The notes under the pieces are model-generated. The model was not told where the DNA came from. It did no database searches and saw nothing but the letters and a program-made list of their open reading frames with translations. Source: Octopus sinensis (lineage: Eukaryota). Taken from it: a stretch of 64,000 nt of DNA. Below, piece after piece: positions 24,514 to 38,645 of this stretch (position 1 is its first letter; each line of letters opens with the position of its first letter). The position numbers were made by a program, and so were the translations under genes. The stretch is from contig NC_043011.1 of the NCBI RefSeq assembly GCF_006345805.1, positions 30,330,464 to 30,394,463 on the forward strand. Reading direction: 5' to 3'.

Positions 24514-25851
24514 TATTTTCCTTTGTAATGATCATCACGAATTCATTTAATATTAAGTTCTGTTAACTTGCCAAATGGCCTAACACTTTTAAGATGTGAA
24601 TCAAAAGGGAATTTTGGGATCATTATAACTTCTAATCTATTGGCAATGTGCACGAAATGAAATAGCTTTTGCCAGGGATCGAAATCGTTTCCCTGTCTCT
24701 TAGTTTGCGGGAAAATTATCTCATATTCTCAAGCGCGATCGCCATATGTGTTTCTGATGTTGAATTAAATTAGAAAATGCCTTTTTTTTTCTAACTCCAT
24801 ATAATTACTTCACATGAAATAATTACCAATGATTGACTTTCATTATGATGCTAATACGACCCCAAAAATTAAAAAGATCCCCCTACCCCCGCCAACAAAA
24901 AAATCAGCGAAAACAAAACGGAGAGCTGTTGTTACGTCATACTGACGTCAGCCAATAAATTTGTTCGATGTTAGATAGTATTGATGCTCAATGACTTTAC
25001 GTAGATAAACGGAAAAAAATTAAACACATCAACAGGAAAATAAAGCAAAACTAAAAATAAACAAAGCAATAAAGCATTAAATCCATTATAAGAATAAAAT
25101 ACAGACCTCGAGGCATTCATTATCCAGAAAGAAAAACAACTATTATTTGCTCTCCTATTATAATTAGAAATATTTTAAAATAATTATCTGAAACATAAAT
25201 TTGTCATTAAAGTTTTAATAATTAATGCTATGTGACGTTAGAGATTGTATTATATTTTAAATTAACTATGGCTAAAATTGGTAAACACAAACAGATTTTA
25301 TTTTGCTCCATGTAACCGTAATAATTCTGTTAATCAGCGTTTTATTAAAGCAAAATATAGGCTTCTTCCATTGACGCACAACCAAAAGGATTTCAAGATG
25401 TAGTCGATTAAATTAATCCTCAGAATTTGATTGGTACTCATTCAATTATTCCTGGAAGAATATAAGGTCAGTATCAGCTTCGCCGTGATTTGGTTATAGA
25501 ATGATATAAATAAATACCACGATGTATTCTGATTAGCACTCAAGTAATTTTACTATTCCATAAAAATACAATGAATGCTTTGGAGTTGAACTCACTGAAC
25601 GGCCTGGATGCGATTAAAATGCTAATCTTTCTTATTTTCTGTTTGTTTACACTATTTATGCTGTCACAAAATCTCATATTCCTTTATCATATCTTGAAGG
25701 TCTAAGAGAAATAGAGAGCCAATAATGCTAGAGCTGCTAAAAAGAACTAGTATTTAATTACTTCCATTTTTCTAAAAGTCTTTCATACCGGTGTCATCAA
25801 AAATGCCGACAAAGATGAGAGAAAATGACGTTATCAGAACAATGAGAGATT

Positions 25852-26055
25852 AGGCACGGGAGTGGCTGTGTGGTAAGTAGCTTGCTTACCAGCCACATGG
25901 TTCCGAGTTCATTCCAACTGCGTGGTACCTTGGGCAAGTGTCTTCTACTATAGCCTCGGGCCGACGAAAGATTTGTGAGTGGATTTGGTAGACTGAAACT
26001 GAAAGAAGCCCGCCGTATATATATATATATAATTATATATATATATATATATATA

Positions 26056-26102
<47 letters not shown>

Positions 26103-26110
26103 TATATATA

Positions 26111-26188
<78 letters not shown>

Positions 26189-26209
26189 ATATATGATATA
26201 TATTATATA

Positions 26210-26251
<42 letters not shown>

Positions 26252-26462
26252 TATATGTGTGTGTGTGTGTGTGTATGTTTGTGTATCTGTATTTGTCCCC
26301 TCAACATTGCTTGACAACCGATGGTGGTGTGTTTGCGTCCCCGTAACGGTTCGGCAAAAGAGAAAGATAGAATAAGTACTTGGCTTACAAAGAAGTCCTG
26401 GGGTCGATTTGTTCGACTAAAGGCGGTGCTCCAGCATGGCCGCAGTCAAATGACTGAAACAA

Positions 26463-26470
<8 letters not shown>
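25852..26470 (+). mobile_element. CORE-type SINE with an expanded internal (TA)n
   Basis: Head, core and tail as in 11108-11500. Confidence 0.88.
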
Positions 26471-26505
<35 letters not shown>

Positions 26506-27125
26506 AACAATCGAGTAAATATATGTATATACACAAAAAGGATGTAATAGAAGCAGAAAAGGCTGAAATGTCTCGTTAAAGGTACGCGTGTCTGTGGAGT
26601 ATTCAGCCACTCGCACGTTAATTTTACGAGCAGGCTGTTCCGTTGATCAGCTCAACTGGAACCCTCATCGTTGTAACCGACGGAGTGCCAGTGCACACAC
26701 ACAGACATACACACACACACGCACACACACACATACACACACACACACAAACATGTATGTATGTACGTATGTATGTATGTATGTATGTATGTATGTATGT
26801 ATGTATGTATGTGTGAATCATCCACTTTTCCAAGCTCGCATGTATCAGACACATTTTGGATGGTTAGATACCATTTCTGTCGCCAGTGCTCTCTTATTTT
26901 CAAGTATTATTTCACCATTCCCATACATATTTACATGGCAGATTGGAAACGAAGAACACCGCTTGCGTGACAGTGACGCTTGCTTACTACCACTGCGCGA
27001 TGTCAAAGCAAGGAGCCAGTAAAACACACACACACACACATGCATACATACATATGTATACGTTTATATATAATAATAATAATGATAATAATAATAATAA
27101 TAATAATATAATAATAATAATAATA

Positions 27126-29035
27126 CGAATCTCCAATTATACCACTCTAATGGAGTACTTGCCTCAGAAAATATAAACATCAACTGTGGAATTTTTCAAG
27201 GTGACTCACTTTCACCTTTAATATTCTGCATAGCCCTAATACCCCTTACAAGTGAATTAAACAGAACAGGGTATGAGTATAAAATTGCCAATAAAAAATA
27301 AGCCATCTATTTTATATGGATGACTTAAAACTCTATGGTAAAGACGATAATGAACTTGAAGGCCTATTGCGCACCGTGAAAGCATTCAGCGATGACATCG
27401 GGATGGAGTTTGGGCACGAGAAGTGTGCCAAGGCCACTTTCCAGAAAGGGAAAGTGAAGACCACAAATTCAGTCGTGTTAGATGTTGACACAGTCATAAG
27501 AGAGCTTGAGCAAGAACAAACATACAAATATTTAGGGATAAATGAAGGCTCTGGTATTCAGCATGCAAGCATGAAAGACAAGATCAGGAAGGAATGTTAT
27601 AGGAGAGTTCGTGCAGTCCTGAAATCTGAACTAAATGCACGTAACAAGGTGTTAGCTATAAATTCCTTAGCAGTTCCAGTTGTTACTTATAGCTACAATG
27701 TGTTGAACTGGAATATGAGTGAAGTAAAGAATATAGACAGGAAAATACGCAAGCTGCTGAGTTGTAATAGGATGCACCACCCAAAGGCAGACGTAGATCG
27801 CCTTTACCTTCCCAGAGCCCAAGGAAGTCGAGGCCTGATCCAATTTGAACTAGCTTACAAAACAACCACAATTGGACTGGCCAAATATCTTGAATTAACG
27901 AATGACTGGATGCTAAAGCTCGTGGAAAATCACGAGAGACGAAAGAAGCTTCGTTCTATCATAAAGGAGACCAAAAAATTTGCTATTCATCTTGTGCAGG
28001 ATACCCAAACTGAACAACCCGAGGGAAGTACAGCAACTATTGATGCAAAGAAGGTGAAAATAATGGCAACGAAAAAAGCGCACGAGCAATTGGCTGATAG
28101 GTGGGAGGAGAAACCTCTGCACGGCAAATATGTGGCCCGCAGCAAACAAGCTGATGTTGACCAGAAGCAAACCCATCAGTGGCTACGGAGCTCAGGGCTA
28201 AAAGCAGAGAGCGAAGGTTTCATCCTGGCTGCTCAAGATCAAAGCCTATTAACCCGGAACTACCAGGCCAATGTGATGAAAAATGGAGCAGACCCAAAAT
28301 GCCGATTCTGCAACGACATGATTGAAACAGTGGACCACCTAATCTCTGGATGTAAAGTCTTAGCACCAGTGGAGTATAAATTAAGACATGACAGAGTTGG
28401 CCAATATCTACACTGGCTAATAAGTCGGCATTACAATACCAAAACTGCCGACAAGTGGTATAATCACCACCCTGAAGCTATAACTGAAGGAGAAAATGTA
28501 ATGATTCTGTGGGACTTTCCAGTATATACAGACCGAACCATCAAAGCCAATAAACCACATATTGTTGTGAAAGACCAAAACAATAAAGTTTGCTTATTGA
28601 TCGACATGAGCATCCCCTGTGATCATAATATCTCAGCGAAAGAGTTTGACAAGCTCAGAAAATATAAAGACCTGCTCATTGAAATTGAGAAAATGTGGCA
28701 TCTCAAGGCGGTTACAATACCAGTGATCGTAGGAGCACTAGGAATGATCAAGAAGGAACCGAAAATTATATGAGAATGATCCCTGGTTTACCATCCCTGC
28801 AAGAAGTGCAAAAAATTGTCTTAACTGGTACATCACACGTATTGAGAAGAGCATTGTCGCTGTGAGAACTATTACTACCCCTGTATTTAAATTTAACTTA
28901 AAAAAAAAAAAAATTAAAAAAATGAACGAACTATTGAGTTTGGTTTAATGGCCTACCAATGTATACTATGAGTTTCTTTGCCTTAGGAGTCGGGAAGACA
29001 CTCGGCAAGAAATGGAAGCAAATTTGAAAGAAGAA
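27126..29035 (+). mobile_element. 5'-truncated R4/Dong-clade non-LTR retrotransposon inserted in (TAA)n
   Basis: RT motifs GIFQGDSLSP, YMDD, YKYLG; CCHC knuckle CRFC-x8-H-x4-C; RHD; RLE domain; (TAA)n flanks at 27071-27125 and 29041-29060. Confidence 0.92.
27316..28773 (+). pseudogene. RT C-terminal half, zinc knuckle and restriction-like endonuclease of the Dong/R4 element (inactive)
   Basis: 485-aa ORF starts at the M of YMDD after a frameshift; the PD motif reads KPH; C-terminal frameshift near 28757. Confidence 0.88.
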
Positions 29036-29492
29036 AAAAAAAATAATGGTAATAACAATATCAAAGGGTAATCTGAAATATTAGAAATTTCCATTAACAG
29101 TGACCTAGCGTGTAAAAATTTAGTCAATAGGCTATATATTCTTTAAATAAATACAATGTACATTTAAACACATGAGGTAGCCATCATAGGACTACCTGCA
29201 CGCTAGAGAGGATAGTTAAATACCGAACTACTATTAGGGATAAAATATCGAAGGGAATGAAAAATAAAAACATTTACGAACTAACACCTGGACCCATGAT
29301 CGTAAGGTCCTTAGTTCAATTCCCGGCGACGCGTTGTGTCCTTGAGCAACGCACTTTATTTCACTCAGCTGGCAAAAAGGAGGAGTACATATACACAAAC
29401 ACATATAATTGCACGCGCACACACATAAATGATATATATGTATGAATGTATATATTCATATACAGATAAATAATAATAATAATAATAATAAT

Positions 29493-29875
29493 GTGGAGGC
29501 GTAATGGCCCAGTGGTTAGAGCAGCGGACTCGCGGTCATAGGATCGCGGTTTCGATTCCCAGACCGGGCGTTGTGAGTTTTATTGAGCGAAAACACCTAA
29601 AGCTCCACGAGGCTCTGGCAGGGGATGGTGGTGATCCCTGCTGTACTCTTTCACCACAACTTTCTCTCACTCTTACTTCCTGTTTCTGTTGTACCTGTAT
29701 TTCAAAGGGCCGGCCTTGTCACTCTCTGTGTCACGCTGAATATCCCCGAGAACTACGTTGAGGGTACACGTGTCTGTGGAGTGCTTAGCCACTTACACGT
29801 TAATTTCACGAGCAGGCTGTTCCGTTGATTCGGATCAACCGGAACCCTCATCGTTGTAACCGACGGAGTGCTTCC
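29493..29875 (+). mobile_element. Full-length SINE (head H1 + tail T1) within (TAA)n
   Basis: Near-identical to the reverse complement of 8146-8531. Confidence 0.9.
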
Positions 29876-29882
29876 CCATTCC

Positions 29883-29922
<40 letters not shown>

Positions 29923-30445
29923 CAACAGTGATAATAATTTTATATATATATATCAATGGATAGATCCCGTCGGTTTCGACGATGAACGTTCAGTTATTCA
30001 AATGTATTATCTTCTCATTCTATTAGCCTCTTAGCAGCTGAGCATTCCACAGACGTACGTAATCTTAACGTAATTCTCAGGCAGAATCAGTTTGACACAG
30101 AATGCGTGGCTAGGCTGTACCGTTGATTAAAGGCATAATCCATCAGAGGGCTTTTTGTTCTGTTTCCGTCTATCCAATGTTATTCAAGTGACATGAGTCG
30201 ATCCAAGCCTATAGAAAATGGCACTCACCTAAGATGTCACGCAATGCTATCAAAATTAGGACCTCGGGGTTTCAAAGCTAACTTCTTAACCAGTCACTTT
30301 CGAGAGAAACGTTTTTCGTACGAATCCTTAGATTCAAGAGGAAATATGGAGATCTTCAGGTCTGTTCGCCCAGTAGATATATACTTGCGCAATATATCGA
30401 TATAACTAATAAAAGAGGCTTAGTAATGAAAACGTTCTGTAAATA

Positions 30446-30986
30446 TTGGGTTGTCCGGAAAGTTTGTGCCGATTTATAGTAGCTTACCTTTCGGCTTATT
30501 TTAGAACATGGTTGAGTCCATAAAATAGGATTTGACTACACCTATCTTTTCGTGGAAGAAGGTTTATGTTCCTATAACCTGTGTTAATTCTGTAACTCTT
30601 TAAAATAGAAGATGAGAAAGTTCATTTTAGGCACTTTATGCTTTGGGAACCAGACAAAAATTGCTGCAGCTCGGCTGGGATGTGTTACTCCACCCTCCAT
30701 ATTCACCAGATATTGCTCCTTCGGATTTCCACTTATTCAGGTCTCTGAAGAATAGTCTTAATGGTAAAAATTTCAATTCCTTGGATGATGTAAAAAGATA
30801 CTTTGATGAATTCTTTGTCATGAAACCACCTTAATTCTGGGAAGAGGGTATTTTCAAGTTGGAGGAAAGATAGAGACGCATTGTGCAACAATGGTTCATA
30901 TTTGGTTGATTAAAAATGTAATGGCAAGTATTTATTGACCTTTTTCTTTCCTTTAAAAATCAGCACGAACTTTCCGGACAACCTAA
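30446..30986 (+). mobile_element. Internally deleted mariner, copy 3
   Basis: TIRs, TA duplication, HPPYSPDIAPSDFHLFRSL. Confidence 0.92.
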
Positions 30987-32134
30987 TACTTAGATTAACA
31001 ATGCCATTCCACCGAGTTGAACAAAATCTGTGGTAAAATCTATAAAATAAAGAGAACACTTCAATAAAGTCAAATCTCTCAGTATCTTCTTGATTTGGAA
31101 AAAAATGTGTTAGAGACATTTGCCGTTCGTTTTCTTTTTGTCTTAGAAAAAAATTTTTCCGTTAATATATTTATAATCCTCTCCCTCACTGATATTCTGA
31201 GTCGAAAACCTTATCTGATTTCTATAAATAAATGAAAACATTTAGAATGAAAATCCTATGTTGCACCGGTGAGATAAATTAAAACAAAACACGGATATAC
31301 AATCGGATTATATCATTAACATTACTACTTAAAAAACAAAAAGATAAAATAGATTAAGCATAGTTCTTTCCCTTGACAGAGAAGTATCGAATAAACCCAT
31401 CTTAATAATGTTTACCTTCAAAGAATTCCCATTCATCATTATTACTGTGGATTCTGAAGATGTTTGGCAGCAGCGTTAAGTTTGAAAGTAGAGAACTCAC
31501 AAGCAAAGTAAATACTTCTCTCATTTAGTAGATACAGACATGTGAAGTATGGCTGCAATTAAAACCCAAAGAAAAGGACGATATAGCCTTTCGTTTTTGC
31601 ACACACGCGCACACGTGAGTGTCTGTGCGCGCGTGTGTGTGCATGCGTGTGTGTACGTGCGTGTGTATGTGTGTATTTATTTTTATATATATATATTTAT
31701 AAAAATATATATATATATGTATGTATGTATATGTATATACACATAAAAATATAAACATTTATATATATAAATATATACATATATATATATATATATATAT
31801 GCATTTATATTATGCACATATATACATTTACATATAAATATTTATATATGTGTGTGTGCGTTTGTGTGTATATATATATATATATACACACGCACACACT
31901 CACACATACACATAAATATAAGCGTCTTACATGCATATGTATATGTATATACACATACACACACACATATATATATACACACACACACACACACTCATAC
32001 ATGCATGCACATTCAACTAAGCGTATATGTGTAATAGTAAAGAAGCGCATGGTCCTTATTTAGATCGGATAGCTCTGATCTATTTCTGTTTGATCATATC
32101 CTTTAATTAGTGAGAAGGAAAAGAGCGAGCGAGC

Positions 32135-32198
<64 letters not shown>

Positions 32199-32389
32199 AA
32201 GTTTCGGTCAGAGCAATCAAAACTAAGTTTATGTGATGTACGAACGCTACATGCAAGACAAGATGGAAGGTTTTGTCAATGAGCTGCGGAGTTTGACCAA
32301 TTTGTTTAGTCCCATCCCTAACTCTATCCGGAGCAATTTGTCTACACAGCAATATCTTGTTATACATATGTAGGGGCATACGTATCAGA

Positions 32390-32441
<52 letters not shown>

Positions 32442-32812
32442 AGAAACATAGACATAGATATATGGACAGATATACGTACGCACGATTGCAGCTATACATA
32501 CGTAGATCACGTGTGTTATTGCGTATTGTTCAGATACGCTGCAAAATCTTGTTAAATAAATAACTTGTAACTTTGATCAGTGATCTGTTAGAACTTAAAG
32601 ATGAAAAGCTTGTCTAGACACAGTGTGTGTGTGTGCGTGCGTGTGTGTGAGCGTGTGCGTGAGTATGTGCGCGATTATGTGCGTGAGTGTGTGAGTGCTT
32701 TTAGACGAAGTTAAGAGTATTTAAAACGGAACCATGCTGTTCAGAGGAATCTGATCACATGCTGAATTCACATGCTTGAGAGAGGAATTGAAGTATAATG
32801 TGAGCAATTTAC

Positions 32813-32862
<50 letters not shown>

Positions 32863-33235
32863 ACACACACACACACACTTTCACTTTCTCTTTCTCACAC
32901 AGACACACACAGACAAACAAATACACACACATACACGCACATTCACACTCACACACACACACACACACATATATATATAAAGTAATGCACATCGGTTGAC
33001 TTTATTACGTGTATTCAATAGATACGAAAAATCACATCAAAGTCAGCAGAGAGTAAAATATTTAGGAACGGTTGGATTAACTCGGAACTTTAAGCTTTAT
33101 ATCCCGATTATATGTTGGCATTCGTACATAGAACAAAATTTTTTAGACATAATGTCAATATTATTGGATCTGAAATGTATAAATACTACGTAAATACCAC
33201 TATATTGCAAATAATTATATTTTATCGATTCAAGT

Positions 33236-33689
33236 CAGAGAAATATTAAGATGTCGACTTTAGAGTGGTCTGAACCCCTTATGATATATTTGTCTAGCGT
33301 CAAATAATTATTTCTTACTGCGCCCCGACCCTGCTTTCACCTGCCCCCATCTCTTGTCCACCTTGAGGTTCGGGCCAAACCAGACCAGAGAAATATTAAG
33401 ATGTCGACTTTAGAGTGGTCTGAACCCCTTATGATATATTTGTCTAGCGTCAAATAATTATTTCTAACTGCGCCCCCACTCTGCTCTCTCACCTGCCCCC
33501 ATCTCTTGTCCACCTTGAGGTTCGGGCCAAACCAGACCAGAGAAATATTAAGATGTCGACTTTAGAGTGGTCTGAACCCCTTATGATATATTTGTCTAGC
33601 GTCAAATAATTATTTCTAACTGCGGCCCCACCCTGCTCTCTCACCTGCCCCCATCTCTTGTCCACCTTGAGGTTCGGGCCAAGCCAGAC
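33236..33689. repeat. Three tandem 150-152-bp units spanning a LINE/flank junction
   Basis: Units start CAGAGAAATATTAAGATGTCGAC at 33236, 33386 and 33538. Confidence 0.92.
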
Positions 33690-34990
33690 CCCAAGCAATT
33701 TAACCGGTCCTTCCGTCCAGCACCCTACGAAACTGTCGGACATGGAACTGCCTCTCCAAGTTCCGAGCTGAAGGCCCACAGACTTCTGGTTAATCTTTGC
33801 TCCTGTCACCGCTTCGCACTCCTCTTAAAGCAGTGCCGATCATCTCGATTTCCGACATGCCCGATACTATTATGGGTTTATTGTATAGAGAGAAAGAGTA
33901 TTATCAAATCCAGATACTCTCATTTCTCTCCATTGTATCTTATATCAGCAAAATCCCTGTGCTAGATCCATTGTTTTGAGTGACACTTTGCAACAAGTAA
34001 TGAAGATTGTTTACTATATTCGTGAAAATGCAACACGACATCGTCAGTTTCGTAACATGCTAAAGCTGGACGATGAGGTATTCAGTGTGAACTTTCTGTA
34101 TCATTCTAAAAGTGCGTTGGCTATCTAAGGGACAGGTGTTAGCAAAATTTTATGAGCCAGTACGAACCTTCCGCATCTTAGTTCACGCGGGATGCCCCTC
34201 AAAACATCTAACTTCCTTAGTAATGACTCAAGAGCCAGCACGTACAGAGCAGGTTAAGAGTGGGCATCCTTGACAGACCGAACGAGTGATGCTAAACGAT
34301 TCCGATAGATGGCTATTTACTTTGACTACTGAACAGATGTCGCTGTACATTGCAGAAATCTAGCCTCTGAAAATGGGACCGAAACTGGTCGCCTCGCGGA
34401 CAGCCTCCAAGTACTGGTGTTCGACCCTATCAAAAGTTTTTGATTGATCCGAATTGATCAGGGCCCCACCCATTCCAGGTTCCTTACTTACCCTCTCTAT
34501 GATGTAGCACGTGAGGTGGAGGTTGTAGTGATTAGATCTGTTTGTGATAGCGCATGTCTGCACATCACTGACATGCTTATCGGCGAGAAACGTCAATCTC
34601 TTTGTAACTCCTTAATTAAAATCTTATTATCTGCGCTCAGCAGAGTTATAGTACTAAAATTGTCTGTTTGGTCATCCTTGTTCAGGTCCTTTCTCAGCAG
34701 TACCACCAAGCCACGGTTCACAACTCTGTGTATTCTCCCGTTCTGCCGCCAATTGCTGTAGACATCCGACAAGTTTGGCATATGAAAATAAAGTCCAAGA
34801 GCTGACCATCCATCCCCGGAGACTTTTCTCTTGTGCTGCCCGTCATCGCATGTCATATGTATTCGGCATTTCGGAATATTCCACATTCCTGACGGAAAGG
34901 CGCAATATACTACCGAGGTAGGAGGTGAAATCCATCCCCGTCTCCGACTCAAAGTGCGTTCCACTTCGGCACACATCTGCATGGATTTGA
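33620..34990 (-). pseudogene. Degraded Tx1/L1-clade LINE reverse transcriptase fragment (interrupted ~33870-34160)
   Basis: GLVVLLRK..NFSTITLLSADNKIL, LINSDQSKTFDRVEHQYL (DxxKAFDRV), VKLLGVWLGP motifs. Confidence 0.8.
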
Positions 34991-35770
34991 GGGTTGTAGT
35001 TGTGGCAGTGTTGGTGGCGCTGGTTGTGATAGAGTTAGATGTGTTGACGGGTATGGTGCTGGAGGTTTTGGTGATGCTGTAGGTGCATCTGTAGCTGTTG
35101 TGAGTGAGTTTTCTATGTTTTATTTTGGCGAGTGTGTGTGTTGGTCTGGGACAGGATGTTTTATTGTTTTATTTTGGGGTTCATTTTTGGGTTTGGGGAA
35201 TTCCCCCTCATTTTCACTGCCTGGTGCAGATGTATGATTTTTTTTATTCAAAAACTAGCGTTGAGTTTTCTGGAGGCAGAATAATGAGTTATTTTGCAAG
35301 CTCACATCATCCCACATTCATCATATTGACAAAAACTGCTTGATTAAATATTCTTCTTTGTTTCTTTCGTTTTCTTTTTTCTTTTTTTTCGTTCATTTTC
35401 TTTTTGACAGTTGTAAACTTGAAATTTCAAGACTGACGATGTCGTTCAATAAAGGCGAGGACGTTGGTTGCACTCGTTCATATCTTGGATTTGAATTTCT
35501 ATAATTTTGAAATTTTACCTCTTTTCAGTCTGAACGCGACAAAGACACGCAGGCTGTCGAAATATCGTTCAACCCAAAAAATATTCATTGCAATCGCATT
35601 GCGCTCTTCGCATTGGCTATTTACCTTTGTGAAAATTTGGTCAATTCTTTTAGAATATAACAACAACAACAACAACAACAACAACAATAATAATAATAAT
35701 AACAATAATAATAATGATGATGATGATGACGACGATGATGATGGTGGTGATGATGATGATGATAATATTC

Positions 35771-36905
35771 TGCCCTGATGCAGCACCAGGCAGTTGCTCT
35801 CATGGCTTCTCATCTTAACTGATTGGAAGTGTTATCATGTACATTGTTTTGTCTTGGTATAAAAGATAAAACTGAAAATAGGTGGGCAAAGAAAAGAATG
35901 CATGGTCAATTTCATAGGGATGTTGAAGATAAGACAGACAGAGGAAAAAGGTAGCTGTGGATGACTAAAAGTGATTTAAAACGCGAAACGGAGGCTCTAA
36001 TCTGTGCTGTCCAAGAACAAGCACTAAGAACAAACTACATAAAATACAGAATAGACAGCACATCAGAAAGTGATAAGTGCAGAATTTGTGGACAAAACGG
36101 TGAAACCGTATGGCATATTACCAGCCAATGTACGCCACTAGCCCAGAAGGAATATAAGAGACGTCACGACAATACAGCCAGGCTTGTCCATTGGACACTT
36201 GCAACAAGTATGGACTTTACAGAGCAAAAAATTGGTACGACTACAAACCTGAAGGCATTGTCGAAAATAGAAATGCAAAGATCCTATGGGATTTTATGAT
36301 TCAGTGTGACCATGAGATTGAGAATTGGAAGCCGGACATAGTCTTAATTGAGAAAGAAAACAAACTATGCTGGATCATAGATATAGCATGCCCAGCTATA
36401 AGCGATAAGGAATAAAAAAAAGTCGAGAGATATGACAGGTTAGCCAGGGAAGTTAAGCAGTTGTGGTCGATGAAAAAGGTAGCAGTAGTACCAATATTTG
36501 TTGGAGTCCTGGGAATAGTGAGCAAAAATCTCGAGAAGTACGTGGAACAAATAGGGGCTGCAATAAGGGTAGAGCACTTGCAGAAAACGGCACTGCTTGG
36601 AACCGCTCGAATACTCTGTAGTTCAGCTACAGTGGTGTTGGGCGGCTCTATGCCGTCGAAGGCAACATCAACGCAGCAAAGTACGTTGAGATAGTACGGG
36701 ATACCTCTTTGGTGGCGAGGAGTACGTGCTGGCCAGTCACCTGACCTGAACCCTATTGAGAACCTCTGGAGTCGATTGAGTAGGGATTTGAATGTGCAGC
36801 AATACAGGAACCGACACGAAAAATAAGAGGTGTTACCTTAGTTCACTGGTAGTGAACAGCTGACACTGTAGTACATCTCCAGCGTTAGAAGATGTGCAAA
36901 GGCAA
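35771..36905 (+). mobile_element. Internally deleted R4/Dong-type element (5' leader fused to the ZnF/RLE 3' part) with a captured Tc1 fragment
   Basis: ETEALICAVQEQAL, CRICGQNGETVWHITSQC, RRHD, ILWDF, KPDIV; TAA-type tracts on both sides. Confidence 0.85.
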
Positions 36906-36923
36906 TAAATAATAATAATAATA

Positions 36924-37121
36924 ATCCTTTTTGCTACAGGCACATAACCTGAATTTTGGGGGAAAGGGTGGGATGAATCGATTACATCGACCCCAGTGTT
37001 CAACTGGTACTTATTTTATCGACTCCGAAAGGATGAAAGGCAAAGTCGACCTCGGTGGAATTTGCACTCAGAACGTAAAGGCAGATGAAATGCCGCTAAA
37101 CATTATGCCCGGCGGGCTAAC
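36924..37121 (-). mobile_element. Nin-type SINE, 5'-truncated
   Basis: CCGAAAGGATGAAAGGCAAAGTCGACCTCGG domain. Confidence 0.8.
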
Positions 37122-37440
37122 GGAGAAACGTTCAAAATACAAAGACCTAGAAATAGAGGTAACCAGAATGTGGAATCTAAAAACAAAAACAATTCCTATC
37201 ATAATAGGTGCATTAGGCATGATAAAAAATATTCAGATAAATACATAACAAAAACACCAGGACTTACAAACACATTTAACATACAGAAAATTGCACTACT
37301 AGGCACTGCACACATCCTACGCAGAACACTTTTCATACAATAACCATCAGAGCATCACAACAAATCACAGCACATACCCAAGGCACACAGAGCTGTGCTT
37401 GGTAGTGAAGTGAAAGCACGCTATAAAAAATATACTACTG
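37122..37440 (+). mobile_element. 3' end of another R4/Dong-type LINE family followed by (TAA)n
   Basis: KYKDLEIEVTRMWNLKTKTIPIIIGALGMIK and QKIALLGTAHILRR; (TAA)n at 37441-37515. Confidence 0.85.
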
Positions 37441-37447
37441 AATAATG

Positions 37448-37517
<70 letters not shown>

Positions 37518-37876
37518 CGGTCACATGCAGTTTTGGATTTTATTTCTAAAAAACAAAGAAGTAAAGAAAAAGAGTTATTTTTGTGATGAATCAATTAGGA
37601 TTAGACTGAAAACGTGTATTTGCATGTTTTTAAATGAAACTTTTGTGTAGGAAAACAAAAGTCAATAGTGAAGTTGACATAACAATTGAGAACATATTCA
37701 CTAGTCACCCAGTTGTGTAAAAATTATATTGCATATAGAAATATATTGAAAGTTCCCTAACCACGAAGTTATTTTAGCACGTGCAGTGTTGATTCTGCTG
37801 GAATTAATCGTATCTGAGATCTCTATATTTCAGTTGACAAAACATTGACCTTTTACCTTTCCTTTTTTCTGTGTGT

Positions 37877-37929
<53 letters not shown>

Positions 37930-38105
37930 TGCGTGCGTGTGTGTTTAGATTCTAAACAAAACTGTCCGACGAACGTGAACGTGAAACTCTGAGTAACAGA
38001 TTTTGTAATATTTTTGCAGCTTTTTAATAAAGCATACTACTCTACCTCTAGTATTCGAGTACTATTTTTTCCACCTTGTTTCGCATTTCTGTGCTTACTC
38101 TGGCA

Positions 38106-38164
<59 letters not shown>

Positions 38165-38165
38165 A

Positions 38166-38209
<44 letters not shown>

Positions 38210-38320
38210 ATATATATGGTGGTTCTCCTCTAATTTATATACATGTATTATATATTTTGAAATTTGATTTAGTATTACTAATTGAACTTTTCCCTGTAAG
38301 TCTGAAATCATATTCCCTAA

Positions 38321-38403
<83 letters not shown>

Positions 38404-38614
38404 CTATTATATGTATGTATGTATGTGTATTTGCATTTGTGTTTTTCTATTCAGCGCCACTTGACATTCAGCGTTGGTCTACATACGTCTCTGTAAGTTA
38501 GTTGTTCGGTCAAAAGTCTGATAGAATAAATACCCAGCTTAAAAAAGAGTACCGTTGTCGATTTGTTCGACTGAAAATCAGTCTAATGACTAAAACCAGT
38601 AAAAAGAGGAAAAG

Positions 38615-38641
<27 letters not shown>

Positions 38642-38645
<4 letters not shown>

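Noticed and set aside
27316-28773. 485-aa ORF as a host gene or active retroelement
   Set aside because: 5'-truncated, frameshifted at both ends, and the endonuclease PD motif is mutated to PH
29170-29202. TGAGGTAG let-7-like seed in a small hairpin
   Set aside because: Only the seed matches; stem far too short for a pre-miRNA
29493-29570. tRNA-like sequence with A/B boxes (also other SINE heads)
   Set aside because: No complete cloverleaf or acceptor stem; continues into SINE body
32236-32373. 45-codon ORF MYERYMQDKMEGFVNELRSL... in unique sequence
   Set aside because: No recognisable homology or splice context; length is compatible with chance
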